NCBI RefSeq assembly: GCF_008000775.2
Contig: NZ_CP042905.2
Span: 1,080,001 to 1,112,000 of the forward strand
Reading direction: 5' to 3'
DNA from: Promethearchaeum syntrophicum
GTDB lineage: Archaea; Asgardarchaeota; Lokiarchaeia; Sigyniarchaeales; Promethearchaeaceae
Length of the DNA stretch: 32,000 nucleotides
Positions 1-8,740 of this stretch are shown piece by piece. The notes beneath the pieces are model-generated. The model had not been told where the DNA came from and did no database searches. It saw nothing but the letters and a program-made list of their open reading frames with translations. The position numbers and the translations under genes were made by a program. Each line of letters begins with the position of its first letter. Positions within the stretch are counted from its first letter, which is position 1.

Positions 1-1
1 C

Positions 2-229
2 ATATTCAAAAAGAACGAAGAATTACTTCGTCTCTACAAACAAGCTCAAATCAATAAAGAATTTAAAAATACGTTAAGGAAAATTAATGAATTGTTTTTA
101 GTTAATGCATGGGATGAATTCAATCAAGAAGTTCATTCAGCTTTGATAATTCTTGAAAATAATTATGAAAATATTTTGGAAAGTCAAAAAATTAAATTAG
201 AAGAATTTTCAAAACGTTCAAGATTCTAA
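2..229 (+). CDS. 3' end of a hypothetical protein (5'-truncated by window edge)
   Basis: Frame 2 is open from the window edge to TAA at 227-229 (IFKKNEELLRLYKQAQINKEF...EEFSKRSRF*). It is missing from the ORF track because it has no start in the window. The sequence is K/E/L/N-rich and helical-looking, with no recognisable domain. Confidence 0.4.
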   Translation: MFKKNEELLRLYKQAQINKEFKNTLRKINELFLVNAWDEFNQEVHSALIILENNYENILESQKIKLEEFSKRSRF

Positions 230-670
230 AGTTAATCTAACCAATTTTTTAAGAGTTTCATCAAATTTTCGTTGAATTTCATCCAAATCTGTGAGGATTT
301 TAGTGAATTCATCAAAAATCTCCCATTTATACAAAACGATTAACTTTATACTATTCGCTTCTTTTGGGAAATAATATTGGGTTAATTTTATTCCATTAAA
401 ATTCATGGAAACTAACATTTTTCTTGCTATCATAATTAATAGATCAGAAGATTGTCGCGTTAATAAAATACCTAACAAATTTAGAGATTTTCCTTGAAAA
501 AAAATATAAGGATAATATTTCTTTTTACTTTGAAATATGATAATTTGTTCAATCGCTTCGATTTTCTTATCAATCTGAAGAGGGATAAGTTTTCCTTGCA
601 CACTTTTAGATGATTCTTGCGTTTTAACTAATTTTAATAATATTTTAGTCGATTTATTCACATATATCAA
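218..670 (-). CDS. hypothetical protein (150 aa)
   Basis: Long ORF for such an AT-rich sequence. The start is TTG at 670 or GTG at 661, with no ATG nearby. It converges on and overlaps the 2..229 ORF by 12 nt. No recognisable motif. Confidence 0.45.
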   Translation of the reverse strand: MIYVNKSTKILLKLVKTQESSKSVQGKLIPLQIDKKIEAIEQIIIFQSKKKYYPYIFFQGKSLNLLGILLTRQSSDLLIMIARKMLVSMNFNGIKLTQYYFPKEANSIKLIVLYKWEIFDEFTKILTDLDEIQRKFDETLKKLVRLTLES

Positions 671-709
671 TATAAAAGAAAATAAAAAAAGTTTTTAGCT
701 TGATTCTAA

Positions 710-1261
710 TTAGAAATTCGTGGAAAACATTGCTGCCAATCCACCGAAGAACGCTCCATTGAAAATTGCAGCTAAAATTATAATAAGATATGGTGTATGA
801 TACATGCTTGGGACTATTGTTGCTCCAATTGCAGTTACCGATGAAATTCCTAAAGCTGGAATCAATATAAATATTATAGGCAGTACTGATAAAATGAAAA
901 TTGCTAACATCAGTCCGAAAAATGCAGATTTACTTGATTCATTTGATGATTTACCAGCAAATATTGCTGCAACTAATCCTGGAACTAACACCCAAACCAT
1001 TCCAAAAATATTTGTTAGAACTGGGTAAGGATTTGCTCCCATATTTACATGATACATCAAAGATGTAAAGACATCAGCTTGTACTCCACCTGGGCTTAAT
1101 AAAGCGGTAAAGAAACCCCAGAGATCATCACCGATCAAACCAAAGAATGCTCCAATAGTTGCACCTCCAACTCCACCTACTGCTGCGTAGACGAATAGGA
1201 AGATAGCGTTCAATAGGAAATATATACCTATACTAATACCAAAAGTTTTTCCAAAACCCAT
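710..1261 (-). CDS. Gly/Ala-rich polytopic membrane protein, unknown function
   Basis: ATG start. The 183-aa protein is almost entirely hydrophobic, with several predicted TM helices (GISIGIYFLLNAIFLFVYAAVGGVGG..., FGLMLAIFILSVLPIIFILIPALG...). Confidence 0.6.
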   Translation of the reverse strand: MGFGKTFGISIGIYFLLNAIFLFVYAAVGGVGGATIGAFFGLIGDDLWGFFTALLSPGGVQADVFTSLMYHVNMGANPYPVLTNIFGMVWVLVPGLVAAIFAGKSSNESSKSAFFGLMLAIFILSVLPIIFILIPALGISSVTAIGATIVPSMYHTPYLIIILAAIFNGAFFGGLAAMFSTNF

Positions 1262-1434
1262 TTTAATTTACTCCAATTATTGATTTAATTACTTATTATA
1301 ATAATCAACACGAATATTAATATAATTTTGGAAGTGATGAATTAAAAATATATGCGAATAATCTGATTTTACTGAAGATAGGAGTGGAAATTTAGAAAAA
1401 TAAAAAAAAAATGAAAATATTTTTCTTAAAATTC

Positions 1435-1965
1435 TCAGTGTATTGTTATTGTAACTCCAGATGACAGTGCAGTGAACATTACGATAGTTATTATTAGTGC
1501 TGCAAGTAAGAATGATAATTGACGTTTTTTAGGATCCATATCTTCATCAGCAGAATACCCAATAAAACCAACCATTACAAAAATCAAACCGAAATTGACT
1601 CCAACTCTCGCAATATTTTCAAATATCACCTCTTGAAATCTCATCCAATCTGCTTTAGCATATATCTCTCTATCTCTTTCGAGGTATTCTTGGTATCCAT
1701 AATCACCTCTCCAGTATCCCAAATCATTTTCATGTAACTGATAGTTTTCCCAGTCATAGGAATTGTTTGCCAGAGAAATACTTATCAATGCTGTGGTTCC
1801 AAAAATTATTGCAATTATCATGCCTCCAATAATAAATTTGGTTGCTTTCCTTCGATCAATATCAATTAATCTGTCCCATAAGCTTACTTCTTCATTTTCT
1901 TTAGCGACTTTTTTAATAGGGTTATCTGCAATGATCGCTTTTTTACTTGTTGTTTTTTTTGCCAT
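1435..1965 (-). CDS. membrane protein, unknown function
   Basis: ATG start 3 nt downstream of the stop of the 1969..2637 gene, which suggests an operon. It has a basic N-terminus, then about 3 TM segments around a W/Y/E-rich loop (YDWENYQLHENDLGYWRGDYGYQEY). Confidence 0.6.
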   Translation of the reverse strand: MAKKTTSKKAIIADNPIKKVAKENEEVSLWDRLIDIDRRKATKFIIGGMIIAIIFGTTALISISLANNSYDWENYQLHENDLGYWRGDYGYQEYLERDREIYAKADWMRFQEVIFENIARVGVNFGLIFVMVGFIGYSADEDMDPKKRQLSFLLAALIITIVMFTALSSGVTITIH

Positions 1966-1968
1966 ATC

Positions 1969-2637
1969 TTATCCACTCCTGAATTTTTTAATGGAATAGT
2001 TTATTATAATAAGTCCTGCAAGTATTAACATTGCCCAACCCGCTGTAGAAAATCCATTTCTTAATAGAGTGCTAGGACCGTCTTTATAGATTTCAATATT
2101 ATAAGTTACTTCAGTGCTCATGTTGTACGAATTAGAACCGTAAACAAACACCACATAATCACCCGGTTCATTCCAAATATAACCTCCTGAACTTCCATCT
2201 CCCATAAATTCAATAAAATAGAAATCATCTTGAATGCAACTTACAACCATTTGAGTCTCTCCGAACCAACTTGGATCTCCACTCCAAGCAGGCTTACTTA
2301 TAAGGAAATAACGCCCACTGACATTCTTAGGTCCATAAGTATCATTTTTTATATATTCTGAATCAAAAAGTCCTTTCCCAAATATTTTGAGATATGCTGT
2401 TACATTTTGCGAATACACAGAAAATTTGATTGTGATTTTTTGATTTTTTTTAATACTAATTTCGTATGCATCTACATCGTGAAATGATTTTTCGCTTTCT
2501 TGATTAACAATTTTGCTCGATTCATTATGGATAAGGATTGATTCTGTCATTTCACCCAAAAGGGGTCCCAGAATAAGACAAATAATACCCAAGGTTAGAA
2601 GAATTTTTATTGTTTTTTTTATTTTCATTTTCTCCAT
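1969..2637 (-). CDS. exported beta-rich protein with N-terminal signal/anchor and C-terminal TM anchor
   Basis: N-terminal KIKKTIKILLTLGIICLILGPLLG hydrophobic segment. The central domain carries several N-x-S/T sequons. The C-terminus is GFSTAGWAMLILAGLIIINYSIKKFRSG (TM plus basic tail). Confidence 0.6.
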   Translation of the reverse strand: MEKMKIKKTIKILLTLGIICLILGPLLGEMTESILIHNESSKIVNQESEKSFHDVDAYEISIKKNQKITIKFSVYSQNVTAYLKIFGKGLFDSEYIKNDTYGPKNVSGRYFLISKPAWSGDPSWFGETQMVVSCIQDDFYFIEFMGDGSSGGYIWNEPGDYVVFVYGSNSYNMSTEVTYNIEIYKDGPSTLLRNGFSTAGWAMLILAGLIIINYSIKKFRSG

Positions 2638-2806
2638 CTCGTTTATCTATCAGATGAAATTTCTGATATGTTCACAAATTATCTCATTACTTAAATAAAT
2701 TTTACAAAATTACTAATTAATGGCTTAATAATTGATACTTCTAGTAAACTTTGCTTTTTTAGTTGATAAAGAGGTAAATAATCTAGAATAATTTCACTAA
2801 GATTGA

Positions 2807-3625
2807 ATGAATAGAATTTTTTATTTTGAGTCATTAATAATACTAATGCCATTGGAATTAGCACGAAAAAAAGAGTTTTATGATAAACATCTTAATTTCA
2901 CCGATAGAACGTTAATAGATTATAATATATCTCCCGGAACAATGGCAAAATTTAATATTATTAAAGAAAGAATTGGAAGTAATCATCATTTTAAGACTGG
3001 ACTCGAAGTAGGATGTAGTGGAAATTCATTTATTCATTTTTTAAATAATGTAGATCATCGAATTTTATTAGATATAGCTCATAAACCGTTGATACCATAT
3101 GCAAATTATTTAAGATATCATCCTTCAGAAGGTACATTAACCCAAATTCCTTATAAAGATAATTCATTTGATTTAGTTGTAGGGTTAGATGTGATTGAAC
3201 ATATTTATGATGATGGGTATGCTGCTTCTGAAATGATAAGAGTGCTTCAACCAAAAGGCTTATTAGTAGTTTCAGTCCCTCATCGAATGAAATATTATTC
3301 TCATCAAGATGTTTTAATTGGTCATTATCGAAGATATGAATTAGATCAATTGAGAAATCTTTTTATATCACGTGGTCTTGAAGAATTAACCTATTTTGGA
3401 GTTTATGGTCAAGCAATGCGCGTTCAATTATATCAAGCAGCAAATCCTGATAAAATGGAAGCTGATTTACAAAATTTAAGAAAAAAATACATCTCAAATC
3501 CCGTATTTCGACGAATTTATGATAAAATTGTTAAATTTGGGAGCAAATGTATGAAAATAGATGCAAATTTTCAACCGTTAAGGAACATAATGAACATTTG
3601 TATTATTTTTCGCAAACCATCTTAA
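2807..3625 (+). CDS. class I SAM-dependent methyltransferase
   Basis: Motif I-like LEVGCSGNS and the FDLVVGLDVIEHIYDD / LKPKGLLVVSVP pattern typical of Methyltransf_11/23-type enzymes. The start is ambiguous: ATG 2807, or ATG 2846 giving MPLELARKKEFYD. Confidence 0.75.
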   Translation: MNRIFYFESLIILMPLELARKKEFYDKHLNFTDRTLIDYNISPGTMAKFNIIKERIGSNHHFKTGLEVGCSGNSFIHFLNNVDHRILLDIAHKPLIPYANYLRYHPSEGTLTQIPYKDNSFDLVVGLDVIEHIYDDGYAASEMIRVLQPKGLLVVSVPHRMKYYSHQDVLIGHYRRYELDQLRNLFISRGLEELTYFGVYGQAMRVQLYQAANPDKMEADLQNLRKKYISNPVFRRIYDKIVKFGSKCMKIDANFQPLRNIMNICIIFRKPS

Positions 3626-3629
3626 TTTT

Positions 3630-4736
3630 TTACGAATTTCCGGGTAAGTGTATTGCAATTTGGCAGACTTTATCCCCTTTGAGAATTGATTTTATCACTT
3701 TGACTTCCACAGATTTACCAAGAATCCGTTCCCATGTAGATTTATAAAAACCTGCCCCACAATTACAATAAGTTGGGGATAAGGTTTTATCAGGAGTTTT
3801 TAATACATTTCGAATACGAGAACAGTGACAGTAGTTCATCTTTCTTTCCAGATGATTTCCTGCTTCAAAATATCCTTTAATATTAGCAGCCATTTTTGTA
3901 GCATATATGATGTTTCCTTCTTTATAACCTGCCTCTCCCCAGTTATCTGTAAGAATAACATTCATCCATTCTTTTTTTAAATCCATTCTGGCTTTTAATC
4001 TTGTTAAGAAATTTTCTTTCATGAAGGAATGAACTTCATCAATGCTATGATTTTTTTCATAAACATCTTTATATTCTTTAATTCGGGAATCAGGAATTAT
4101 ATGCGCGCATTTGGTGAGAATTTTCCTTTTCTCTTCATCCGTAAATTTTTCGTCCATTTTATCAATTTTATCAATTGTCCAATCTATATTTTCTTCGTCA
4201 GAATAAAGATCCTTAGGATTGATTTCTTCTGGAATTATTTCAATTCTTAATTTGTTTCCTACAATTTCATCGAGATTTTTAGAAAGGAGGTCTCTCCAAG
4301 GATCTTCTGTTTTCAATGGATTTTTCAGATAATATGAATAAAATTCTCTATCGAATGGACTTTGAACAATAATTTTTTCGATATCTAGATGGATTAAACA
4401 AAATAAGGGATCTTCATAAGATGTCCAATACGTATCAAACCAGGTTATTTCTTCAGAAACTTTCTTCTTTAATTTTTCATCTTTAATTATAAACGCTTTA
4501 CCTCGCGCTCTTAAACTTCCTATATTGTCACCTTGCTTTAATGAGAAACTAAATTCAAAATTATTATTTTTCTGAATCTGGTTTACTTTTGACCGAGGAG
4601 TTTTTGTGGTAGTATACCATTTGTTGTTAGAAGGTATTAAGGCCATTATTCTGACCCTAGGTTGATTATCCTCAATGGTTGCAAAATGCATTAAGACATC
4701 TTTTGCCATAAATTCGTAAATTTCTTCCAATAACAT
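3630..4736 (-). CDS. fusion protein: N-terminal pyridoxamine-5'-phosphate-oxidase-like (FMN-binding split-barrel) domain plus C-terminal Cys-rich domain
   Basis: The N-terminus (EEIYEFMAKDVLMHFATIEDNQPRVRIMAL...GSLRARGKAFII) resembles PNPOx/general-stress-protein-26 family proteins. The C-terminus has a CHC...YCNCGAGFY...GDKVCQIAIHL cysteine pattern that I associate with DUF6144/ATC-hydrolase-like domains. That assignment is from memory and was not searched. Confidence 0.65.
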   Translation of the reverse strand: MLLEEIYEFMAKDVLMHFATIEDNQPRVRIMALIPSNNKWYTTTKTPRSKVNQIQKNNNFEFSFSLKQGDNIGSLRARGKAFIIKDEKLKKKVSEEITWFDTYWTSYEDPLFCLIHLDIEKIIVQSPFDREFYSYYLKNPLKTEDPWRDLLSKNLDEIVGNKLRIEIIPEEINPKDLYSDEENIDWTIDKIDKMDEKFTDEEKRKILTKCAHIIPDSRIKEYKDVYEKNHSIDEVHSFMKENFLTRLKARMDLKKEWMNVILTDNWGEAGYKEGNIIYATKMAANIKGYFEAGNHLERKMNYCHCSRIRNVLKTPDKTLSPTYCNCGAGFYKSTWERILGKSVEVKVIKSILKGDKVCQIAIHLPGNS

Positions 4737-4739
4737 TTC

Positions 4740-6485
4740 TTACTTTTTTCCCTTGGACTTCTTCTTTAGAGATTTCTTGAGTTTTTTTAGATCTTTCTTT
4801 AATTTTTTTATTTGTTTTTTATTACCCTTTCTAACTTCTTTATCTGTCGTTTTGATATTTTTGAGATCAACTATTTGCTGTTCAATATTAATAATCTGAT
4901 TTCCAAGGCTATCGAGAATTTCTGCAGTTTTAATAATTTCTAATTTTGCTTTTTCTAATCGTTTTTCTGATTCGATCTTTTCTCTTTCCAATCTTGCTTT
5001 TTCAATTCTTTCGTTTGCCAATCTTGCTTTTTCAATTCTTTCTTTCTCCAATTCCTTAGCTTTCATCTCTTCACGTATTTTTCTCTGGATTTCTTCTTCT
5101 TCCTTCTTTTTCATCTCTTCTTCTTCAATCCCATTTATCCAGAAATTGATTTTTTCCAAATAATCTTTTTTGTCACGTTGATTTAAACCTAAATTTGGTT
5201 TTTGACGTAAAAGATAATTTGCAATTTTGCTCATATCCCACATATAATCCGATTGTAGAATTATTTTTCTAATATTTTCTCTGGCTAAATCGAAGGCTTT
5301 CCCAATTGAGATCATATCGTAATCACCTTCAACAAGAGAATATAGATAGCTAAGAATTTCTTTAATATTTCCTTCTGGTATCTTTGGTAAAGGTTTAATT
5401 TCAACACTATTATGTTTTAGAAAACTTAATTCAAATTTTTCTGTTTCTTCTACAGGTCCACCTTTATAATTAATCGGAATTTTAATTTTTTCTTTCATGC
5501 TGGCGTTATAATCGAATTTTTTTAATTTGGGTGGCTTAACCATCGCTTCATAAAACATTTTTGACTTTCTTTTAAATTTCTCGGGCCATTCTACATCAGT
5601 TTTGAAATTATAATCTGCAGTATTAAAAATTGTTTCAACTGAATCAACTGGGGGAATTTTTTCATCGTCAGGTAGAACCTTTTGAACAAATAGAGAATTT
5701 AATTGATTTGCACTATTTTCTATAATTGAAAATAAATACATTGGGTCAATTTCAACCTTTGAATAAACTTGTTTTAATAATTGTATGTTTAATTTAATCA
5801 AATCAAGATCTTGTTGGGTAAAGTAATCAATTGCAAATATATCAAATCCGTAATCTATGCTTTCTATTCCTGCAGTACATTCAAAATAAGAAGGTTGTGG
5901 AAAATTTTCCATTTTATTTGAGATCAATATTTTATTATAAAATTCAGGATGAGAACTTAACACTTGATGCCCGTATTGGCCTATCTGATAACTATTCGGA
6001 TCACTGATGTATTTCATCATTTCTAGAAATATCTCTTTATTTGGAGTAAAAATATTTCTCATAAGTGCTCCTTTAATAAAGGTTATTGCATTACTGGGTT
6101 TATTGGAGAGATTTAATGGAACTTTGACAATGTTTTCTTTAAAAATGACATCACTTTCATCACTTATGGATAAATTTTTGGATTTTATCATATAGTTAAC
6201 TACAAAATCTGATAGTATGAGTCCAGTCAATTGTTTATGATCTACAATATATTCACCTGGATTAATCTCAAATTTTGTGTAATAATATCCCAAGCCGAAA
6301 ATTAAATGCATTGTTCCGTGTTCAGTCCGTAAAGTGGTTTCTGACCCTGCATAAAAGATTACAACATCGGTATGAATTTTAGATACTTTCTGAGATAAAT
6401 AACGGCCCAAGGTTGGGTAACCCATTAATTCACCCCAACTTGGAATTATAAAAAGATTATTATAAGGAATTATATTTGCACACAT
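4740..6485 (-). CDS. large hypothetical protein with C-terminal K/E-rich coiled coil and poly-basic tail
   Basis: 581-codon ORF with an ATG start. Its stop lies 3 nt upstream of the 3630..4736 start, which suggests an operon. The last ~130 aa are EEEMKKKEEEEIQRKIREEMKAKELEKERIEKARLANERIEKARLEREKIE...KKLKKDLKKLKKSLKKKSKGKK. I do not recognise the N-terminal 450 aa. Confidence 0.7.
   Translation of the reverse strand: MCANIIPYNNLFIIPSWGELMGYPTLGRYLSQKVSKIHTDVVIFYAGSETTLRTEHGTMHLIFGLGYYYTKFEINPGEYIVDHKQLTGLILSDFVVNYMIKSKNLSISDESDVIFKENIVKVPLNLSNKPSNAITFIKGALMRNIFTPNKEIFLEMMKYISDPNSYQIGQYGHQVLSSHPEFYNKILISNKMENFPQPSYFECTAGIESIDYGFDIFAIDYFTQQDLDLIKLNIQLLKQVYSKVEIDPMYLFSIIENSANQLNSLFVQKVLPDDEKIPPVDSVETIFNTADYNFKTDVEWPEKFKRKSKMFYEAMVKPPKLKKFDYNASMKEKIKIPINYKGGPVEETEKFELSFLKHNSVEIKPLPKIPEGNIKEILSYLYSLVEGDYDMISIGKAFDLARENIRKIILQSDYMWDMSKIANYLLRQKPNLGLNQRDKKDYLEKINFWINGIEEEEMKKKEEEEIQRKIREEMKAKELEKERIEKARLANERIEKARLEREKIESEKRLEKAKLEIIKTAEILDSLGNQIINIEQQIVDLKNIKTTDKEVRKGNKKQIKKLKKDLKKLKKSLKKKSKGKK
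4988..5042. repeat. tandem duplication, 30-nt period (25-nt identical core ccaatcttgctttttcaattctttc x2)
   Basis: The identical 25-mer occurs at 4988-5012 and 5018-5042. It encodes the repeated ERIEKARL decapeptide inside the coiled coil of the 581-aa protein. Confidence 0.9.
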
Positions 6486-6631
6486 GGTTTAACACCTATG
6501 AAACAGACTTTTTTGTATTTATTACATTTCTGTGTCTGAGTTGGATATTTCAGATAATAATGTTATTTGTTTTATCTTTTTTTAAATTTCCTTTAGAATA
6601 TTTTAAATCTTTACTTATTCAAAATTAAAAC

Positions 6632-8689
6632 ATGGAAAAAATAAATAACTTTTTTAAATACAAACATTCTGAACTAATTCTTGTTAGCATTATGTTCCTA
6701 TTTTTTCTGGAATTATTTTCTGATTTTGTGGAAAGTGTTTACATTTTCGCTTTGATGACTTTATCGCTTAATGTTAATGTACTATCTGTTCTATTTTTCT
6801 TTACTCCGGTTTTATTGTTATTTTTCAGAAAAAAAGTACCTGATAAAGTATTGTTAATAGTCGGGCTATTAATGGTAATATCAAGAATATTAGAGCCATT
6901 ATTTGATACTACGCTTCGAATGCTTATATCTGGATTGGGAGTAGGATGTTTTATGTTCTATTTTCCCGCATTTCTTTCAAGACAAAAAGTAAACAATGAA
7001 GAAACTACTAGTTATACCTTAGGTATAGGGCTAATTGTTGCACTTTCCATATCAATTTTGTTTAGAACACTAAATTCATCAATAGATATTTCCACTTATA
7101 CTGAGTTTCAGATAGTTGGTTGGATTCTTGGGGGATTAGAAATAAATCTTTTTATTAGACACTATAATAATTGCACTAATGAGAAAGAATCAAGTGAAAA
7201 ATTAGAATCTCCCTCATTAGATTCAAATTCTGAGAACCATCATAAAAAAAAAGGGCGAATATTTGTATATATAATTGGAATATTTAGTATCTTACTGGTA
7301 ATTAATTTTGTTTTTAATGGATCTACTGTACTGGCAAGATGGACTGAAGGAAATTATATTTTTATAACTAGTAGTATAATAATTATATTATGTTTATTTG
7401 CCATTTTGTTACTCTATAAACCAGAACTAATTTTCAATCTAAAACCATATATAATTTATTTGTGGAATGGATTATTTTTTATTTTTCTGGTTGTTACTAT
7501 TGCCGTAAATCAAATATCTTTTCCACATACATTAGATATTTATCCAATCGTGGTTTCACAACCTAAACCATTACAATTATTACCGCTTGCTTTACTAATC
7601 ATTCTAATACCGATCCTATTTATTGATTTTATTTTGTTAATTAGATTATTAATTAAATGCAAACCAACGGTAAAGAAATTAGCTTGGAGCTTTACATTTG
7701 GAGGAGGATTTTACTCATTATTAATGATTTTTGCAATAATCTTCACCTCAACATGGGGATTCGTCCCTCCTGTAAGTTTTTTCTTTAGGGACCGTCTTTG
7801 GTTAGTATTTTTATTTATCACAGGTTGTTTTACCAATTTTAATTGGTTTAGAATAGTAAAAAAGAACCCTTTTATCTTTAAAGATTTAAAATTTGGTAAA
7901 AAAACTAAGAAATCTGCATTAATATTATTAGGAATCATTGGTGTAGGAACTATTGCTGGAGTAATTGCTCTTGAGCCTAGACCTATAGCACAACCAGCAG
8001 GTGCGACTTCATTTAAGATTTTAACATACAACCTCCAACAAGGAACAAATGATAATGCAACTAAGAATTATGATGGTCAACTTGAACAAATAAGAGAGAT
8101 TGATGCAGATGTTATTGGTTTACAAGAATCGAGTAAAATTGCAGGAAATTCCGATGTAGTTCGATATTTTGCTGACAAGTTAAATATGTATTCATATTTT
8201 GGACCAAAAGGAGTCACCGGCACCACAGGTGTCGCTTTGCTGTCTAAATATCCTATTCAATGCGCCAAAACTCTCTATCATTATAATGAAGATTCAGATC
8301 GTAAACAAACTGCAACCATCGAGGCAGAAATTGTGATTGGATCACGAACTTTCACAATATATATTACTCATACTTATGGATCAATGGATGCTAAGAGTAT
8401 GCTTGTAAATGATATTCTCGATAGATCTGTTGATAAAGAAAATGTACTTTTTATCGGTGATATGAATTTTAGGCAATATTCAGAACCTTATAATATAACT
8501 ACTAATGTTTTAGTAGATGCTTGGCTGGATATATGGCCTAAAGCCGTGGATGATAATGGATTAAATGCAAGTCGTAGAATTGATCACATTTTCGTAGATC
8601 CAGATTTAAATATCGATAGTTGTGAATATATTGATTGGATTGAGATTGAATCTGATCATCCTGCCGGGACCGCAGTAGTTTCATGGTAA
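6632..8689 (+). CDS. polytopic membrane protein fused to a C-terminal endonuclease/exonuclease/phosphatase (EEP) domain
   Basis: About 450 aa of repeated TM helices are followed by the EEP motif series: FKILTYNLQQG, DVIGLQES, TIYITHT, FIGDMNF, RIDHIFV, ESDHPAG. Confidence 0.8.
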   Translation: MEKINNFFKYKHSELILVSIMFLFFLELFSDFVESVYIFALMTLSLNVNVLSVLFFFTPVLLLFFRKKVPDKVLLIVGLLMVISRILEPLFDTTLRMLISGLGVGCFMFYFPAFLSRQKVNNEETTSYTLGIGLIVALSISILFRTLNSSIDISTYTEFQIVGWILGGLEINLFIRHYNNCTNEKESSEKLESPSLDSNSENHHKKKGRIFVYIIGIFSILLVINFVFNGSTVLARWTEGNYIFITSSIIIILCLFAILLLYKPELIFNLKPYIIYLWNGLFFIFLVVTIAVNQISFPHTLDIYPIVVSQPKPLQLLPLALLIILIPILFIDFILLIRLLIKCKPTVKKLAWSFTFGGGFYSLLMIFAIIFTSTWGFVPPVSFFFRDRLWLVFLFITGCFTNFNWFRIVKKNPFIFKDLKFGKKTKKSALILLGIIGVGTIAGVIALEPRPIAQPAGATSFKILTYNLQQGTNDNATKNYDGQLEQIREIDADVIGLQESSKIAGNSDVVRYFADKLNMYSYFGPKGVTGTTGVALLSKYPIQCAKTLYHYNEDSDRKQTATIEAEIVIGSRTFTIYITHTYGSMDAKSMLVNDILDRSVDKENVLFIGDMNFRQYSEPYNITTNVLVDAWLDIWPKAVDDNGLNASRRIDHIFVDPDLNIDSCEYIDWIEIESDHPAGTAVVSW

Positions 8690-8740
8690 TTTTTTACCTT
8701 TTTTAATAAAATAAAAATAAAAAAAGTCACATTGAGAATT

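Noticed and set aside
218-670. Roadblock/longin-like small regulatory protein (of interest as an Asgard signature)
   Set aside because: I have only a vague alternating beta/alpha impression (IIIFQSKKKYYPYIFFQG...LLIMIARKML) and no motif to point to. This needs HHpred or structure prediction before any claim.
1334-1375. Possible C/D-box sRNA: GTGATGA (1334-1340) followed by CTGA at 1363-1366 and 1372-1375
   Set aside because: There are no C'/D' boxes at the required ~12-nt guide spacing and no terminal stem flanking the boxes. The whole span is only ~42 nt. Such short motifs are expected by chance in AT-rich spacers.
1969-2060. PGF-CTERM/archaeosortase-type sorting signal at the C-terminus of the 222-aa exported protein (NGFSTAGWAMLILAGLIIINYSIKKFRSG)
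   Set aside because: It has the TM-plus-basic-tail shape but lacks the Pro of PGF and the preceding Thr/Ser-rich linker. No archaeosortase gene is in the window. I kept it as a plain C-terminal anchor.
7711-8031. 106-aa minus-strand ORF inside the membrane-EEP gene
   Set aside because: It is antisense to a frame that carries continuous TM helices and runs into the EEP domain. It has no independent support.
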